A stretch of DNA of 64,000 nucleotides from Thermoanaerobaculia bacterium (GCA_963664405.1 OY761158.1:5152001-5216000), one strand, 5' to 3'; positions 1 to 9,951 are shown, counted from the first letter of the stretch. Translations and numbers: made by a program. The notes: generated by a model from the letters alone, not told the origin.

Positions 1-900
1 GTGCCGACTCGCATTGACGTTGCGGCCTACCTCCTGGATGTCGAAAGTATCAACGACTTGGAGCAGACCTTCAAAGTCGACTTCGTCCTTCGTCTACGCT
101 GGTCCGATTCGCGCCTGAGCGGCAAGGGGCCGAACCTCCCTCTCGAGAATGTCTGGCACCCCAACGTCACGATCCTGAATCAACGTTCCGCCGACACCCT
201 CAGGGCTGAAGTCGTTGCCGTGAATCCCGAGGGGCAAGTCGAGTACACGCAGAGGTACCAGGCAAAGCTCTATACGCGTTTCGATCTGCGGCCGTTTCCC
301 CACGACGAGCAGCAGCTGCCGATCATCCTCCTAGCGGCCGGATACAGCCCGGCCGAGGTCGAGCTCGTTGTCGGATCGGTCGGGGCTCAGCCGGAGTTCT
401 CTATTCCTGGATGGGCGGTAGAGGTTGCCGGCGCCGAGAGCGGAACCATGGTGGCTACGCTGATCTCCGACGAAGAAGAGCCGATCGAACGCCCGACCTT
501 GGAGATCCAGCTCAATGCCCGCCGCCAGCTGAGCTACTACCGCTGGAAGGTACTGGTTCCGTTGTCGCTCGTCGTCCTCCTTTCGTGGACGGTGTTCTGG
601 ATTCCCCCGACCCAGCTCGGGGTACAGCTCGGTGTCTCGTCGACTTCGGTACTGACCACCATCGCCTTCCTGCTCAGCCTACAGAATCTGATCCCACCGG
701 TCCCGTATCTGACGCAGCTGGACCGATTTGTCTATACCTGCCTGATTCTCATCTGCGCCGCCTTTGTAGAGGCGGTCGCCACCATCCGAATAGCGGCGGT
801 TCCGGAACGCCACGACCTCGCGACGAGAATCGACCTCTGGTGTCGAGTCCTCTTCCCGATAGCGTACGGCTCGATCGTTGCCGCGACGTGGCTGACGTGA
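1..900 (+). CDS. Prokaryotic pentameric ligand-gated ion channel (GLIC/ELIC-like); probably 5'-truncated by the window edge
   Basis: WxPxxxxxN (WHPNVTILN), Pro-loop FDLRPFPHDEQ, four TM helices, M2-M3 loop IPPVPYLTQLD. Confidence 0.9.
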   Translation: MPTRIDVAAYLLDVESINDLEQTFKVDFVLRLRWSDSRLSGKGPNLPLENVWHPNVTILNQRSADTLRAEVVAVNPEGQVEYTQRYQAKLYTRFDLRPFPHDEQQLPIILLAAGYSPAEVELVVGSVGAQPEFSIPGWAVEVAGAESGTMVATLISDEEEPIERPTLEIQLNARRQLSYYRWKVLVPLSLVVLLSWTVFWIPPTQLGVQLGVSSTSVLTTIAFLLSLQNLIPPVPYLTQLDRFVYTCLILICAAFVEAVATIRIAAVPERHDLATRIDLWCRVLFPIAYGSIVAATWLT

Positions 901-1094
901 GGAGAGAGGCTGGCTATTGCGCTAGGCCCGGGCCCTGTTCGTCCTTCTCCTGATTGCGCTGCCCCAACGCCCCAGTAAAGACGGATCGCAGGGTCCTCGG
1001 CGGGTTTCGCGCCGAGCTCGACGCCAGCAGAGTCTGAGCGGTAAAGCCCTCTTTTCGACTGGCAACCTATTTCATCGCCTCTTCACCTCCGAAG

Positions 1095-1420
1095 CTAGAG
1101 GAGCCCGAGCCCTTTCTTGAGTAGGCCCGCGTTGTCTCCGCCGAGCTGTTTGAGAGCGATGGGTACGAACTTCTGGAGCATTCCGGAGTCCATGCCGAGA
1201 TCTCCGAAGGCGCTCGTGAGGCCGGTCAGTGACGACAGCTTCCCGAGATCGAGATCGCCGGCGAGGCTGCTGCCGGCGACCGCCGCCAGAGCGCCGCCTG
1301 CGCCAGCTCCCTTGTCGTCGTCGCCGCCCAGGGCCGAGGCCGCCGACGACAGGAGGTCTCCGCTCTTCTCGGAGCTCGAGAGGCTCGACCCTAGCTCGCC
1401 GCCGCCGTGTTCTCGGGCCT
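1095..1420 (-). pseudogene. Start-less C-terminal fragment of a Gly/Ala/Leu-rich DUF2780-like protein
   Basis: Manual translation ...LSSLTGLTSAFGDLGMDSGMLQKFVPIALKQLGGDNAGLLKKGLGLL*; no plausible N-terminus before an in-frame stop near 1440; not in ORF track. Confidence 0.55.
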
Positions 1421-1846
1421 TGCGCCTAGAACCAACGGGTCACAGGTGAGAGCCAAGTAGTTGATCTTCGAGAAGTACCGGCGCTCCCCACACGACTCCA
1501 GGTTGTCCGGTACGCCGATTCCCGCCCCAAATAGCACCACGGGCCTGCCCGCTTGGGACACATTCTTGCTTAGGCGCAGCAAGAGGTCGAAATGGTCGAT
1601 GTCGGCGTCGTCTCCGAACCAGAGAATGTCGCCTTCCAGCAGAACGGCTTCCGAGACGGTTCCGATAAGCCGCTGGAGGACGGTTGACTTCCCCGTGCCG
1701 CTGGCACCGGTGACGATCAGTAGCGGTAGCATTAGGAAGGGGTGCTCGTGCTCGCACACCGGGCACTTAGCTACGGCCCGCTCACCGTGGGCGGTGACGA
1801 TCTTGTCAGTGCGATACTCACCGCATCCGTAGCAGACGTTCAGCAC
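1391..1846 (-). CDS. Zn-ribbon plus P-loop nucleoside-kinase/AAA-like protein, likely C-terminally truncated
   Basis: CYGC...CPVC, Walker A GASGTGKS; runs into the DUF2780-like fragment after LALTCD. Confidence 0.7.
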   Translation of the reverse strand: MLNVCYGCGEYRTDKIVTAHGERAVAKCPVCEHEHPFLMLPLLIVTGASGTGKSTVLQRLIGTVSEAVLLEGDILWFGDDADIDHFDLLLRLSKNVSQAGRPVVLFGAGIGVPDNLESCGERRYFSKINYLALTCDPLVLGARPENTAAAS

Positions 1847-2023
1847 GAGGAGCTCCGGGGCACAAGAAATCCCGATTGAAACTGATCCTACTCCCGGCGT
1901 TGATCCATCGAAAGGTGCCGTGTGGGAAACGGGAAGCTTCGGGCCTGTGTCACCTTGGGGGCAACAAGCCGCGCGTTAGACCGTAAACAGTATGGAGGGC
2001 CGCGAAGGTCGGTCTTCTCCAGC

Positions 2024-2674
2024 ATGTCGATGTCTAAGAAACGACTCTTGCTCGCGCTGCTTCTCGTCGTCGTTCTCGGCGCGCTACTGGCTCTTGCCAA
2101 CGAGGATGTGCGAAAGCTCGATCTGCGCCGTCTGCTCACGCGTGCCGGCTGGCAACTCCCGGCCAAAGTTCTTCAACACCTCGCCCTCGAGGCTGGTGAT
2201 CGTGTCGCCGATCTCGGAGCCGGTGATGGCTACTTCGTACCCTTCCTTTCCGATGCCGTTGGTCCTTCGGGCCGGGTGTATGCCGTCGAGATCGCCGGTG
2301 AGGCTGTTGCGGCGCTGCAACGGCAGGTTGCCGAGGGTGGCCTGGAGAATGTTGAAGTAATCGAGGGTCGTGCAGAGGATCCCCTTTTGCCCAACGGTGA
2401 GATCGACCTCGTAGTGGTGGTCAACGTGTATCACCACATCAGCGGGCAGATCCTCTACTTTGAGCGGCTGCGCGGCGACCTTTCTCCGCGGGGGAGGGTG
2501 GCGATGCTCGAGCCACGGGCGCGCGGCTTGGGGCGGTGGCTCTCCCTCGGTGGCCACTACACCGCGCGTGAGCAACTCATCTCTGACATGGAGCGGGCTG
2601 GTTACCGACACCTCGGCAGCTTCGACGACTTCCCGGTCCAGAATCTCGAGATCTTTCGGCCCATGGCGCGCTGA
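2024..2674 (+). CDS. Class I SAM-dependent methyltransferase with N-terminal signal/anchor
   Basis: VADLGAGDG motif I, VYAVEI, NVYHHI; hydrophobic N-terminus. Confidence 0.88.
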   Translation: MSMSKKRLLLALLLVVVLGALLALANEDVRKLDLRRLLTRAGWQLPAKVLQHLALEAGDRVADLGAGDGYFVPFLSDAVGPSGRVYAVEIAGEAVAALQRQVAEGGLENVEVIEGRAEDPLLPNGEIDLVVVVNVYHHISGQILYFERLRGDLSPRGRVAMLEPRARGLGRWLSLGGHYTAREQLISDMERAGYRHLGSFDDFPVQNLEIFRPMAR

Positions 2675-2719
2675 GCACCCTGCTGGGTGCAGATGAGACC
2701 ACCGCACGGCGGACCTCAC

Positions 2720-2821
2720 GTGCACCCTGGCTGCACTCTCGGGGAAACGTTCGATCTGGTCGATGACGCTGAAGACACTTTGCCGGAAGCGCTCACCAAG
2801 TTCGAGTCGCTCGCCCTTGTA
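2720..2821 (-). pseudogene. Possible ParE/RelE-type toxin fragment
   Basis: Y..ERLELGERFRQSVFSVIDQIERFPES resembles ParE N-terminal helices; no start, no C-terminal half. Confidence 0.4.
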
Positions 2822-3073
2822 CCTCGCGAGTCGCCTCGCGAACGAGGTGCCACCCAGATATTTCAGGGACGCGGCGATAGGCCCCAAGACGTAATGGGAC
2901 ACGTGCTCCCTCTGACAGTGGGCTCGCCACCGATCGAAACTCCAGCATTCTAAGCTCACGACGGAGCCATGCGAGGTGGAGTGGAGAGGCGCCTCGCGCC
3001 TATTCCGATGGAGCGTCGCCGCATTGACTCTGCGGGATGTCGCCGCCCCACGACGACCAGAGAAACCTGAAGT

Positions 3074-3390
3074 TCAGGTCGTCACGAAGGGCAGAGAGGG
3101 CGGGAAAGACCCCGGAGGAAAGTCCACAGGCACACACGCCCTCAGTTTCTCGCAGGCCTCGCGATAGACAGCCACGAAGCGTCGATAGGCTGCTTGGAAT
3201 TGTCGCGCGCTCTGCCAAGTCGCCGCATGCACGAGCGGCGCCGGGGACTTGGCGCTCGATCGTGGCCTCCCATGAGGATCCTGGCGCAGGATCCCCTCTC
3301 TCCCAAGAGGTCGCCTGCCACTCCGTCGCTGCGTTTCCGCAATGTGGTGAGCACGCTCCTGGAACCAGGCAACACGATCTTCTGGCTCCC
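3074..3390 (-). pseudogene. C-terminal remnant of an IS200/RAYT-like HUH transposase, cut by the adjacent IS
   Basis: GILRQDPH..SPAPLVHAA..AYRRFVAVYREACEKLR..FPPGSFPPSLPFV tail; frame enters the IS end at 3391. Confidence 0.55.
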
Positions 3391-3451
3391 TGTCCCTACC
3401 AGAAACTCCATCCGCGCAGCAGTTTCGGACGTCACACTTGCCAGGAGTATC

Positions 3452-3505
3452 CTTGGTGTGATGATTCATCTTCTAGGACTTGGTGTGATGATTCGTCTTC
3501 TAGGA
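3452..3505 (+). repeat. 27-bp tandem duplication (1 mismatch) over the transposase start
   Basis: CTTGGTGTGATGATTC(A/G)TCTTCTAGGA x2 at 3452-3478 and 3479-3505. Confidence 0.95.
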
Positions 3506-4513
3506 GTATTGCTTCGCTCAGTACTGGCGGCACTCCAGACTCGCCGCCAGCTCGCCCTCGAAAACCTGGCTCTTCGACAGCAGCTCTCAGTGCTTCAGGC
3601 GGCGCGGCGGCCGTCTTTGACCAACCTCGATCGGGTCTTCTGGACCATTCTCCGGCGCCGATGGAGTCATTGGACGCACGCGCTCGTGATCGTGCAGCCC
3701 GAGACCGTCGTCCGCTGGCACCGGCAGGGATTCAGGCTGTACTGGCGATGGAAGAGCCGAAATGGCAGCGCTGGACGGCCGAAGATAGACCCGGAGACCC
3801 GAGCCTTGGTTAGAAGGATGAGCTTGGCCAACCCGTTCTGGGGCGCACCGAGGATTCATGGCGAGCTCCTCAAGCTAGGGATCGAGATCTCGGAGACGAC
3901 GGTCGCCAAGTACATGCCGAGGTCGCGCCGGCCACCCTCTCAGTCCTGGCGAGCATTTCTGGACAACCATCTCAAGGATCTGGTCTCGATCGACTTCTTC
4001 ACGGTCCCCTCGGCGACATTCCACGTCCTTTTCGTCCTCATCGTCCTCAGCCACGACCGCCGGCGCATCCTTCACTTCAACGTTACCGAGCATCCCACCG
4101 CGGAGTGGACCGCTCAGCAGATGGTTGAAGCGTTTCCTTGGGACACAGCACCGCGCTATCTCCTCCACGATCGCGATGCGGTTTTCGGAAACAACTTCCG
4201 GTCGCGTGTGGCTGGGCTCGGAATGGCCGAGGTGCTCATAGCACCACGATCGCCTTGGCAGAATCCCTATGCTGAGCGCGTCATCGGCTCCATGCGGCGA
4301 GAATGTCTCGATCACGTTATCGTGCTGAACGAGGCCCATCTCCGCCGGATTCTGCGTTCCTTCGTCACCTACTACCATCGCTCAAGAACCCATCTCTCCT
4401 TAGACAAGGATGCTCCTGAGGCACGAGAGGTGCAGGCTCCGAGGATGGGACGCGTGGTGGAGTTGCCCGAGGTCGGTGGGCTCCATCACCGGTACGAACG
4501 CCGGGCGGCGTAG
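3461..4513 (+). CDS. Integrase-core (rve) DDE transposase
   Basis: WGAPRIHGEL, IDFF, YLLHDRD, PWQNPYAERVIGSMRRECLDH. Confidence 0.92.
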   Translation: MIHLLGLGVMIRLLGVLLRSVLAALQTRRQLALENLALRQQLSVLQAARRPSLTNLDRVFWTILRRRWSHWTHALVIVQPETVVRWHRQGFRLYWRWKSRNGSAGRPKIDPETRALVRRMSLANPFWGAPRIHGELLKLGIEISETTVAKYMPRSRRPPSQSWRAFLDNHLKDLVSIDFFTVPSATFHVLFVLIVLSHDRRRILHFNVTEHPTAEWTAQQMVEAFPWDTAPRYLLHDRDAVFGNNFRSRVAGLGMAEVLIAPRSPWQNPYAERVIGSMRRECLDHVIVLNEAHLRRILRSFVTYYHRSRTHLSLDKDAPEAREVQAPRMGRVVELPEVGGLHHRYERRAA

Positions 4514-4719
4514 TCATCCAGCGGGGTTTTCAGAGCCGTCGGGAATCTTGCTGCGTGTTCCGCTGCTACTCGGGAGGGGCGCTCTCGCACGTCGTCCCGT
4601 TATTCGAGTGCTGAGCCTCCACGCCGTTCACCCTGAGCCTGCAGGCCCCGGAGAAAGTGCTGCCATCGTGTGCAAGATCCGGTGCGCCAAACGCCCGGAC
4701 GGGTTTCTTGGTAGGCACA

Positions 4720-5451
4720 GGTATCGCGCAAACAGCAGGGGCTATTGAACCCATTGATGTTGGAATCAATTCGGCGGGTCTCGTGAATGCCTATGCATTG
4801 GACTTGGCGAAACAGCGTGCCGCAGAGCAACAATACTGGGCATCCTTTTCCTGCCTACCCAGCGAGCCGGTCTGCGAAGAGCTGTTTCAAACACGGATGC
4901 AGCATAACCCGCCCAAATCGCCAGGCACAGTTGAGCTTATTCAGACAGAAATCACACGGCTCAATGCGTCATTTGAAACTCGTTTTGGAGAGCCGGTTCA
5001 CAACGACGTTCCTCCCCACGAAAAGACCATGCAGCGGCTAAGCGTGGGTCCGCTTGAGGAAAACTGGGACGAAGTCGCTGAATTGGCAAAGGACTTGTAC
5101 TCTTGGGTGGCTGAAGGTCTTCGTATTGCAACTCTCCGCAAACCGCTGGACCCAGAATCGTTCGACAAGGACTGGAAACAGTTTAAACTCCTTGAGACGT
5201 TCATGGCGTGCGTATTGGGTTGCGGACAATCGGATCTCACGGCAGCGATGGGTCCCCTTAAGGATCTCAACAGCCTGAGAGTTACCCACGCCCATAACCT
5301 CCTCATTGTGGACCGGTTCCGGCATTTTGATCTGAAGGATCGGCGCGTGCGCGAAGCGTGGTTCATCGTTGTCGATGGCATCGCCCGCGCTCTCCGCCTG
5401 TTATCAGACCACCTTGAATCAAATCGAGAGGTGTCGGGACAGACGAGCTAG
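4720..5451 (+). pseudogene. 5'-truncated hypothetical protein with HEPN-like Rx4H motif
   Basis: Frame open from the IS end; LNSLRVTHAH near the C-terminus; more AT-rich than core genes. Confidence 0.55.
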
Positions 5452-5620
5452 ATCAGAGCTTATGTCGAATGTCCCTTAGGACCTTTCACGCGCAAAGAAC
5501 CGCTTCATGGTGGGAGCTTTGAAGCGACGGTGCTTTCCGGAAACAGAGAATCAAATCTGGCAACTCTTTTCTACTCACTTCCAACCTTCTAGGCAAGCGC
5601 TTGCCTGCTTTCTCGAACAC

Positions 5621-5658
5621 GGGGTACCGCCCAGATTGCTGCAAAAATATCCTTTAAG
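5621..5658 (+). repeat. Tn3-family 38-bp terminal inverted repeat (orphan)
   Basis: GGGGTACCGCCCAGATTGCTGCAAAAATATCCTTTAAG: exactly 38 bp, GGGG...TAAG, Tn4430-like. Confidence 0.8.
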
Positions 5659-5689
5659 GGCGATGTGCCCGTGGCTGCGGCTGTGAAGC

Positions 5690-5897
5690 CTTGGGATCGA
5701 GTTTTCGCGAGTCAATAAAGTGATGCAGGGCGGTTCTGGAGACGCTCACGGTCTTGGCAATAGAGGCCCTGGAAACTTGTTTCTGTAGGAGTATGCGGAT
5801 CTCTTCCTCCTTGCCGTCGAGCTTGGACTTGCCCAGCGCGCCCTTGGGGTGGGCGGCGCAGTCTGCCCTTGGCCCTTGCCGCGGCCAGCCCTTCCTT
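5690..5897 (-). pseudogene. Serine resolvase C-terminal (HTH) remnant, frameshifted
   Basis: Manual translation EGLAAARAKGR../KGALGKSKLDGKEEEIRILLQKQVSRASIAKTVSVSRTALHHFI. Confidence 0.75.
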
Positions 5898-6188
5898 AGA
5901 CGGGCGTGGTCGAGAATGGCCGGTTTCTGTCTGCGAGATCCTGAGAATCAGTCGAAGCGCGCAGGTAAAGCAACGGTTTTCACGGCGGTGTCCAAGAAAA
6001 GGTGAAACGGGGCCTGTTTCGGACTGTTAACGACTATAGTATCCAGCACATTGCATAGTCCACAATCGTCTAGAATGACGGACGTTTATTCCTGACAGAA
6101 CCGTGCCGGTCTCCGACCCCGACGTCTCCCGCCCCCGCTTGATGCGCGATGCCAGCTTCCTCGAGGCCGACCGACGCGATATCGCCCT

Positions 6189-6311
6189 GCGGCGGACTTC
6201 CCGTTCGACCCAGACTTGCGGCGTCATGTCAGCCCGATCGAGTGGAAGAACGTCATCCTCTACGGCGAGATCAAGATCGACCCCGCCAAACTCAAGATGC
6301 GCGACCCTTAG
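6189..6311 (+). pseudogene. tnpA: Tn3-family transposase extreme C-terminal remnant
   Basis: DFPFDPDLRRHVSPIEWKNVILYGEIKID...DP* resembles the TnpA C-terminus. Confidence 0.75.
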
Positions 6312-8315
6312 GGTCGGCGCGGAAATAAGTTTCCAGTATCTGGGGTGACCATACCACTGCCCCCTTCTTCAGCCACCGCATAATCCTCCGGTACGCGCCT
6401 TGTTTGCAAGGTTTAGAGCTAGCATAGCCCTGCCCGCATTTGGTATAGTTTCCCCTGTCACCTCTTTTGGAAGGGGAACTATACCAAATGGTACGAGCCG
6501 AAGATCGTGATGCAACAGTGCGCGAGCTCTTGATGAGCGAACAGATGGCCACCATGGATGAGCTCAAGGACGCCATGGGAACCCGAGCCACCATGACGGT
6601 CTACCGTTCGCTGTCTCGATTGGGCTATTTGGCCAGCTACTCGGATCGAGGGCGGTTCTATACCTTGAACGAGATTCCCGATTTCGACGATCTGGGTTTG
6701 TGGTCGTGCGGTTCGGCGAGGTTCAGTCGGCATGGCAGCCTCCTCGAAACTGCGGTGGCTGCCGTGGACCGGTCCGCTGCCGGCTATACGGCTTCTGAGC
6801 TCGAGCTCCTGCTGCAGGTCGAGGTCAAGCACGCGATGTTGCACCTCGTTCGTCGCAAGAGAATCGTAGGATCCAGAGTTGGGAAGAGGTTCGTATACTT
6901 GTGCTCGGAAACAGGGCGCCGTCGTCAGCAGAAGCTGATGCGCAACGAACGGCAGGCTCTCCAGGATGTAGCTGCCAGCCTCGTTCCAGAAGTGCTCCCC
7001 GAGGAGCTCAGGGCTGCCATCGTTTTATTCTTCAGCCTGCTAGACGAACGCCAGCGGCGGCTATTCGCTGGCCTGGAAGCGACCAAGCTCGGGCATGGCG
7101 GCGACCGGAAGATCGCCGATCTTCTGGACCTGGACCCTCATACAGTCGCAAAAGGACGTCGCGAGCTCTTCGGCGGCTCCGTGGAGCGCGGAAGAGTTCG
7201 AAGAGCAGGCGGTGGCAACCAACGAGTGGAAAAAAAACGCCCGCGATAGTCGATGGAATCCATTCCATACTCGAGGCCGATATAGCTGGTGATCCCATGT
7301 CATCAAGAAGATGGACGCACGAGACCGCTGCAAGGGTGGCCCAATGCCTTGCCGAACGCCTTGACATCATCGTATCGGCTACGGTGGTGCGTCGATTGCT
7401 CGCAGACCTGAACTATTCCCTCAAGAGCAATAGGAAATGTCTGTCTTCGGGGAACTCCCCAGATCGTGATGCACAGTTCAAGGCCATCAAGCAACTGCGC
7501 GAGGATTTCACAAGCGCTGGCGACCCGATCATCAGCGTCGATACGAAGAAGAAGGAGCTGATCGGTCGGTTCAAGAACCAGGGACAGACATGGTGCCGCG
7601 AGGCCAAGCGGGTCAAGGATCACGACTTCCGGTCCGAAGCTCTCGCCATCGCCTCCCCCTATGGGATCTACGATCTTCAGAGGAACTTCGGCGTTCTCGT
7701 CGTCGGACAGTCGTCGGACACGCCGGAGTTCGCCGTCAACAGCATCGCGACCTGGTGGCTCAACTACGGTCGATCTCAGTATCCGGCGGCTCAGCGTCTC
7801 CTCATTCTTGCTGACAGCGGCGGAAGCAACGGCGCACGGCTTCGAGCCTGGAAGAAGTACCTCCAGGAGAAGCTCTCAGACAAGTGCGGCCTCATCATCA
7901 CCGTAGCCCACTATCCAACCGGCACCAGTAAATGGAATCCCATCGAGCACAGGATGTTCAGCGAGATCAGCAAGAACTGGGCCGGAGTTCCTCTCGAGAG
8001 TTTCGAGATCCTGGTCAACCTCGTCCGCAACACGACGACATCCACCGGACTGCGCGTCGAGCCGTGCCGTGATCAACGCCAATACGAGAAAGGGGTCAGG
8101 GTATCGGACAAGGAAATGCTGCAGCTCGCGGTGGCCAGGAGCGACTTCCTAGGAAAGTGGAACTACACCCTCTCGCCGAGACCGCGAACCGAGCAGGAAG
8201 AGCTTGCCCCACAGCCTGGGCTCAGCTCACCACCACCTCCAATGCAGCGACCGCCCTGTGGCGCCTCGGCCTCACACGCTCCGGCGATAATGTGAAGTTA
8301 TTTCCGCGCCGACCC
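6311..8315 (+). mobile_element. ISAzo13-family insertion sequence
   Basis: Perfect 18-bp IRs GGGTCGGCGCGGAAATAA / TTATTTCCGCGCCGACCC, flanked by TTA at 6308-6310 and 8316-8318. Confidence 0.9.
6488..8295 (+). CDS. ISAzo13 transposase in two ORFs joined by a -1 shift at A8 (7230-7237)
   Basis: ORF1 LDERQRRLFAGLEA; ORF2 PIISVDTKKKE, ADSGGSNG, GTSKWNPIEHRMF. Confidence 0.88.
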
Positions 8316-8497
8316 TTAGGTAGGCGCGGATCTCGGCATGCGCGTCGGGCGGAGCCGAGGAGGAGGGCGGCCTGGAGGACGGTGAGAGGCAGGCCTTGGT
8401 CGAAGAGCTGGTCGACAATGAGACGGTCGCCGTGGTGGAAGCGGTGAGGGGTGTCGGGAAGGAGTCGATAGAGGCGGAGTAGGTGGCTTCGGGTCAT
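8316..8497 (-). pseudogene. Small hypothetical gene coupled to istB, truncated by ISAzo13
   Basis: ATGA overlap with the istB stop; LYRLLPDTP...ALLLGSARR runs into the IS end. Confidence 0.5.
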
Positions 8498-8799
8498 GAG
8501 CGTCGTCGTGCTGCGCTCCGCTTTTTGGCCCGGTCCTTGGCCTTTTTTTCAGCAGCCTCCTTGGCCTCCTCGCGGCGATAGGAGTTAGCCTCGATCTTGA
8601 CGATCTCGGCGTGGTGTGTGAGTCGATCGACGAGGGTAACGACGCAGGAGGCGTTGGGAAAGACCTCGCCCCATTCGGCGAAGGGCTTGTTGGTGGTGAG
8701 AAGAATGGGCTTGTTGCCGTATCTCCTGGAGACGACCTCGAAGAGGAGATCCGCGTGGCGGTGGTCGTAGGAGAGATAGCCGAGCTCATCGATTGCCAA
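8494..8799 (-). pseudogene. istB: IS21-family helper ATPase, C-terminal fragment
   Basis: IDELGYL Walker [24 protein letters not shown]; Walker A half missing. Confidence 0.88.
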
Positions 8800-9021
8800 A
8801 AGCCCCTCGGCTACGGCTCAAGGCGGCTGGTATGACCGAAAGGTTCCCTTTCGGCCCGGCAAGCACGGCCCGAAGCAACCCGACAACCAGGACCATCCAC
8901 CCCCTTTCCCTCATAAACAGCTATCCCTTCGGATCGGCCCGCAGCAGTCCAGGTCGCGAAGCGGCGCAGCGAACCCTTGACGGCGAGGACCGATTGATTT
9001 TTCTTTGCACCCCTGTTATAA

Positions 9022-9034
9022 CTACAAATTGTAG
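9022..9034. promoter_or_regulatory. Palindromic operator candidate of the brnTA operon
   Basis: CTACAA-A-TTGTAG in an AT-rich stretch about 25 bp upstream of the toxin start. Confidence 0.55.
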
Positions 9035-9058
9035 GTGTTACGGGATGATGGAGTTTGG

Positions 9059-9334
9059 ATGGAATTTGAATGGGACGAGACCAAGAACCTAGCCAACATC
9101 CGCAAGCATGGCGTCAGCTTCGACACCGCCAAGCGCATCTTCGAGAGACCCATTGCAACTTGGATCGACCATCGCAAGGACTACGGCGAGGATCGCCGTA
9201 TGAGCATTGGACGGTTGGAACATGGGGCGCTAATCGTGGTTGCCCATACCGATCGGGACGGGCGTATCCGCTTGATCTCCGCCCGTCCGGCGTCCCGCAA
9301 GGAAAGGCAGGCTTACCATGAGCGGATACGATAG
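9059..9334 (+). CDS. brnT: BrnT family type II toxin
   Basis: MEFEWDETKNLANIRKHGVSF...YGEDR...IRLISARPA. Confidence 0.93.
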   Translation: MEFEWDETKNLANIRKHGVSFDTAKRIFERPIATWIDHRKDYGEDRRMSIGRLEHGALIVVAHTDRDGRIRLISARPASRKERQAYHERIR

Positions 9335-9599
9335 CCCCCTCACTCCCGGACAGATCGCGGCCATGAAGGACGAGAGCATCGACTTCAGCGATATTCCCGA
9401 ACTGGACGAGGAGTTCTGGAAACGGGCGAAACTCATCGAACCCGATCACACCGAGCAAATCACCTTGCGTGTCAAACGCTCCGTGTTGGCTCATTTCAAA
9501 GCCTCGGGAAAGGGCTACCAGAGCCGCATTAACCGCGTGCTCGAAAGCTACGTGCGGGCCACTCAACAGGAGTCCCGAGGGGGGGGAGTGAGAGAATGA
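9318..9599 (+). CDS. brnA: BrnA family antitoxin
   Basis: IDFSDIPEL, ITLRV..VLAHFK..GKGYQSRINRVL; overlaps the toxin. Confidence 0.92.
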   Translation: MSGYDSPLTPGQIAAMKDESIDFSDIPELDEEFWKRAKLIEPDHTEQITLRVKRSVLAHFKASGKGYQSRINRVLESYVRATQQESRGGGVRE

Positions 9600-9711
9600 G
9601 CCGAACGGATTGGGAGGAAGCATGAGTGTTGAGCCAATACGAAGGACGACGACAGCGAAGTAATTATCGCCGCAATCTGGGGAAAGCTCTATGATTCAGT
9701 CACTTGAAGGG

Positions 9712-9951
9712 ATGGACTTGACCGACCGCATCCGCGAGATGTCCGGACGGATCGCGAAGCGGCTCAACAGCATCAAGACGGAAGAGGCGACAAAGACCGC
9801 GCTGGTCCTGCCGTTCATCACGCACGTGCTTGGGTTCAACGTATTCGATCCGGACGAGGTCGTCCCCGAGTACACGGCCGACGTCGGCACCAAGAAAGGC
9901 GAGAAGGTCGACTACGCCATCGTCTCGAACGGGTCCCCGATCATGCTGATT
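9712..9951 (+). pseudogene. HsdR_N-type restriction endonuclease domain protein, truncated before the catalytic ExK
   Basis: TEEATKTALVLPFI..FDPDEVVPEYTADVGTKKGEKVDYAI..PIMLI, then unrelated sequence. Confidence 0.85.

Larger units (their letters stand above)
3391..4719 (+). mobile_element. IS481/IS3-like insertion sequence with TGT...ACA ends
   Basis: Left end TGTCCCTACCAGAAACTCCATCCG versus reverse complement of right end TGTGCCTACCAAGAAACCCGTCCG; no target duplication. Confidence 0.85.
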
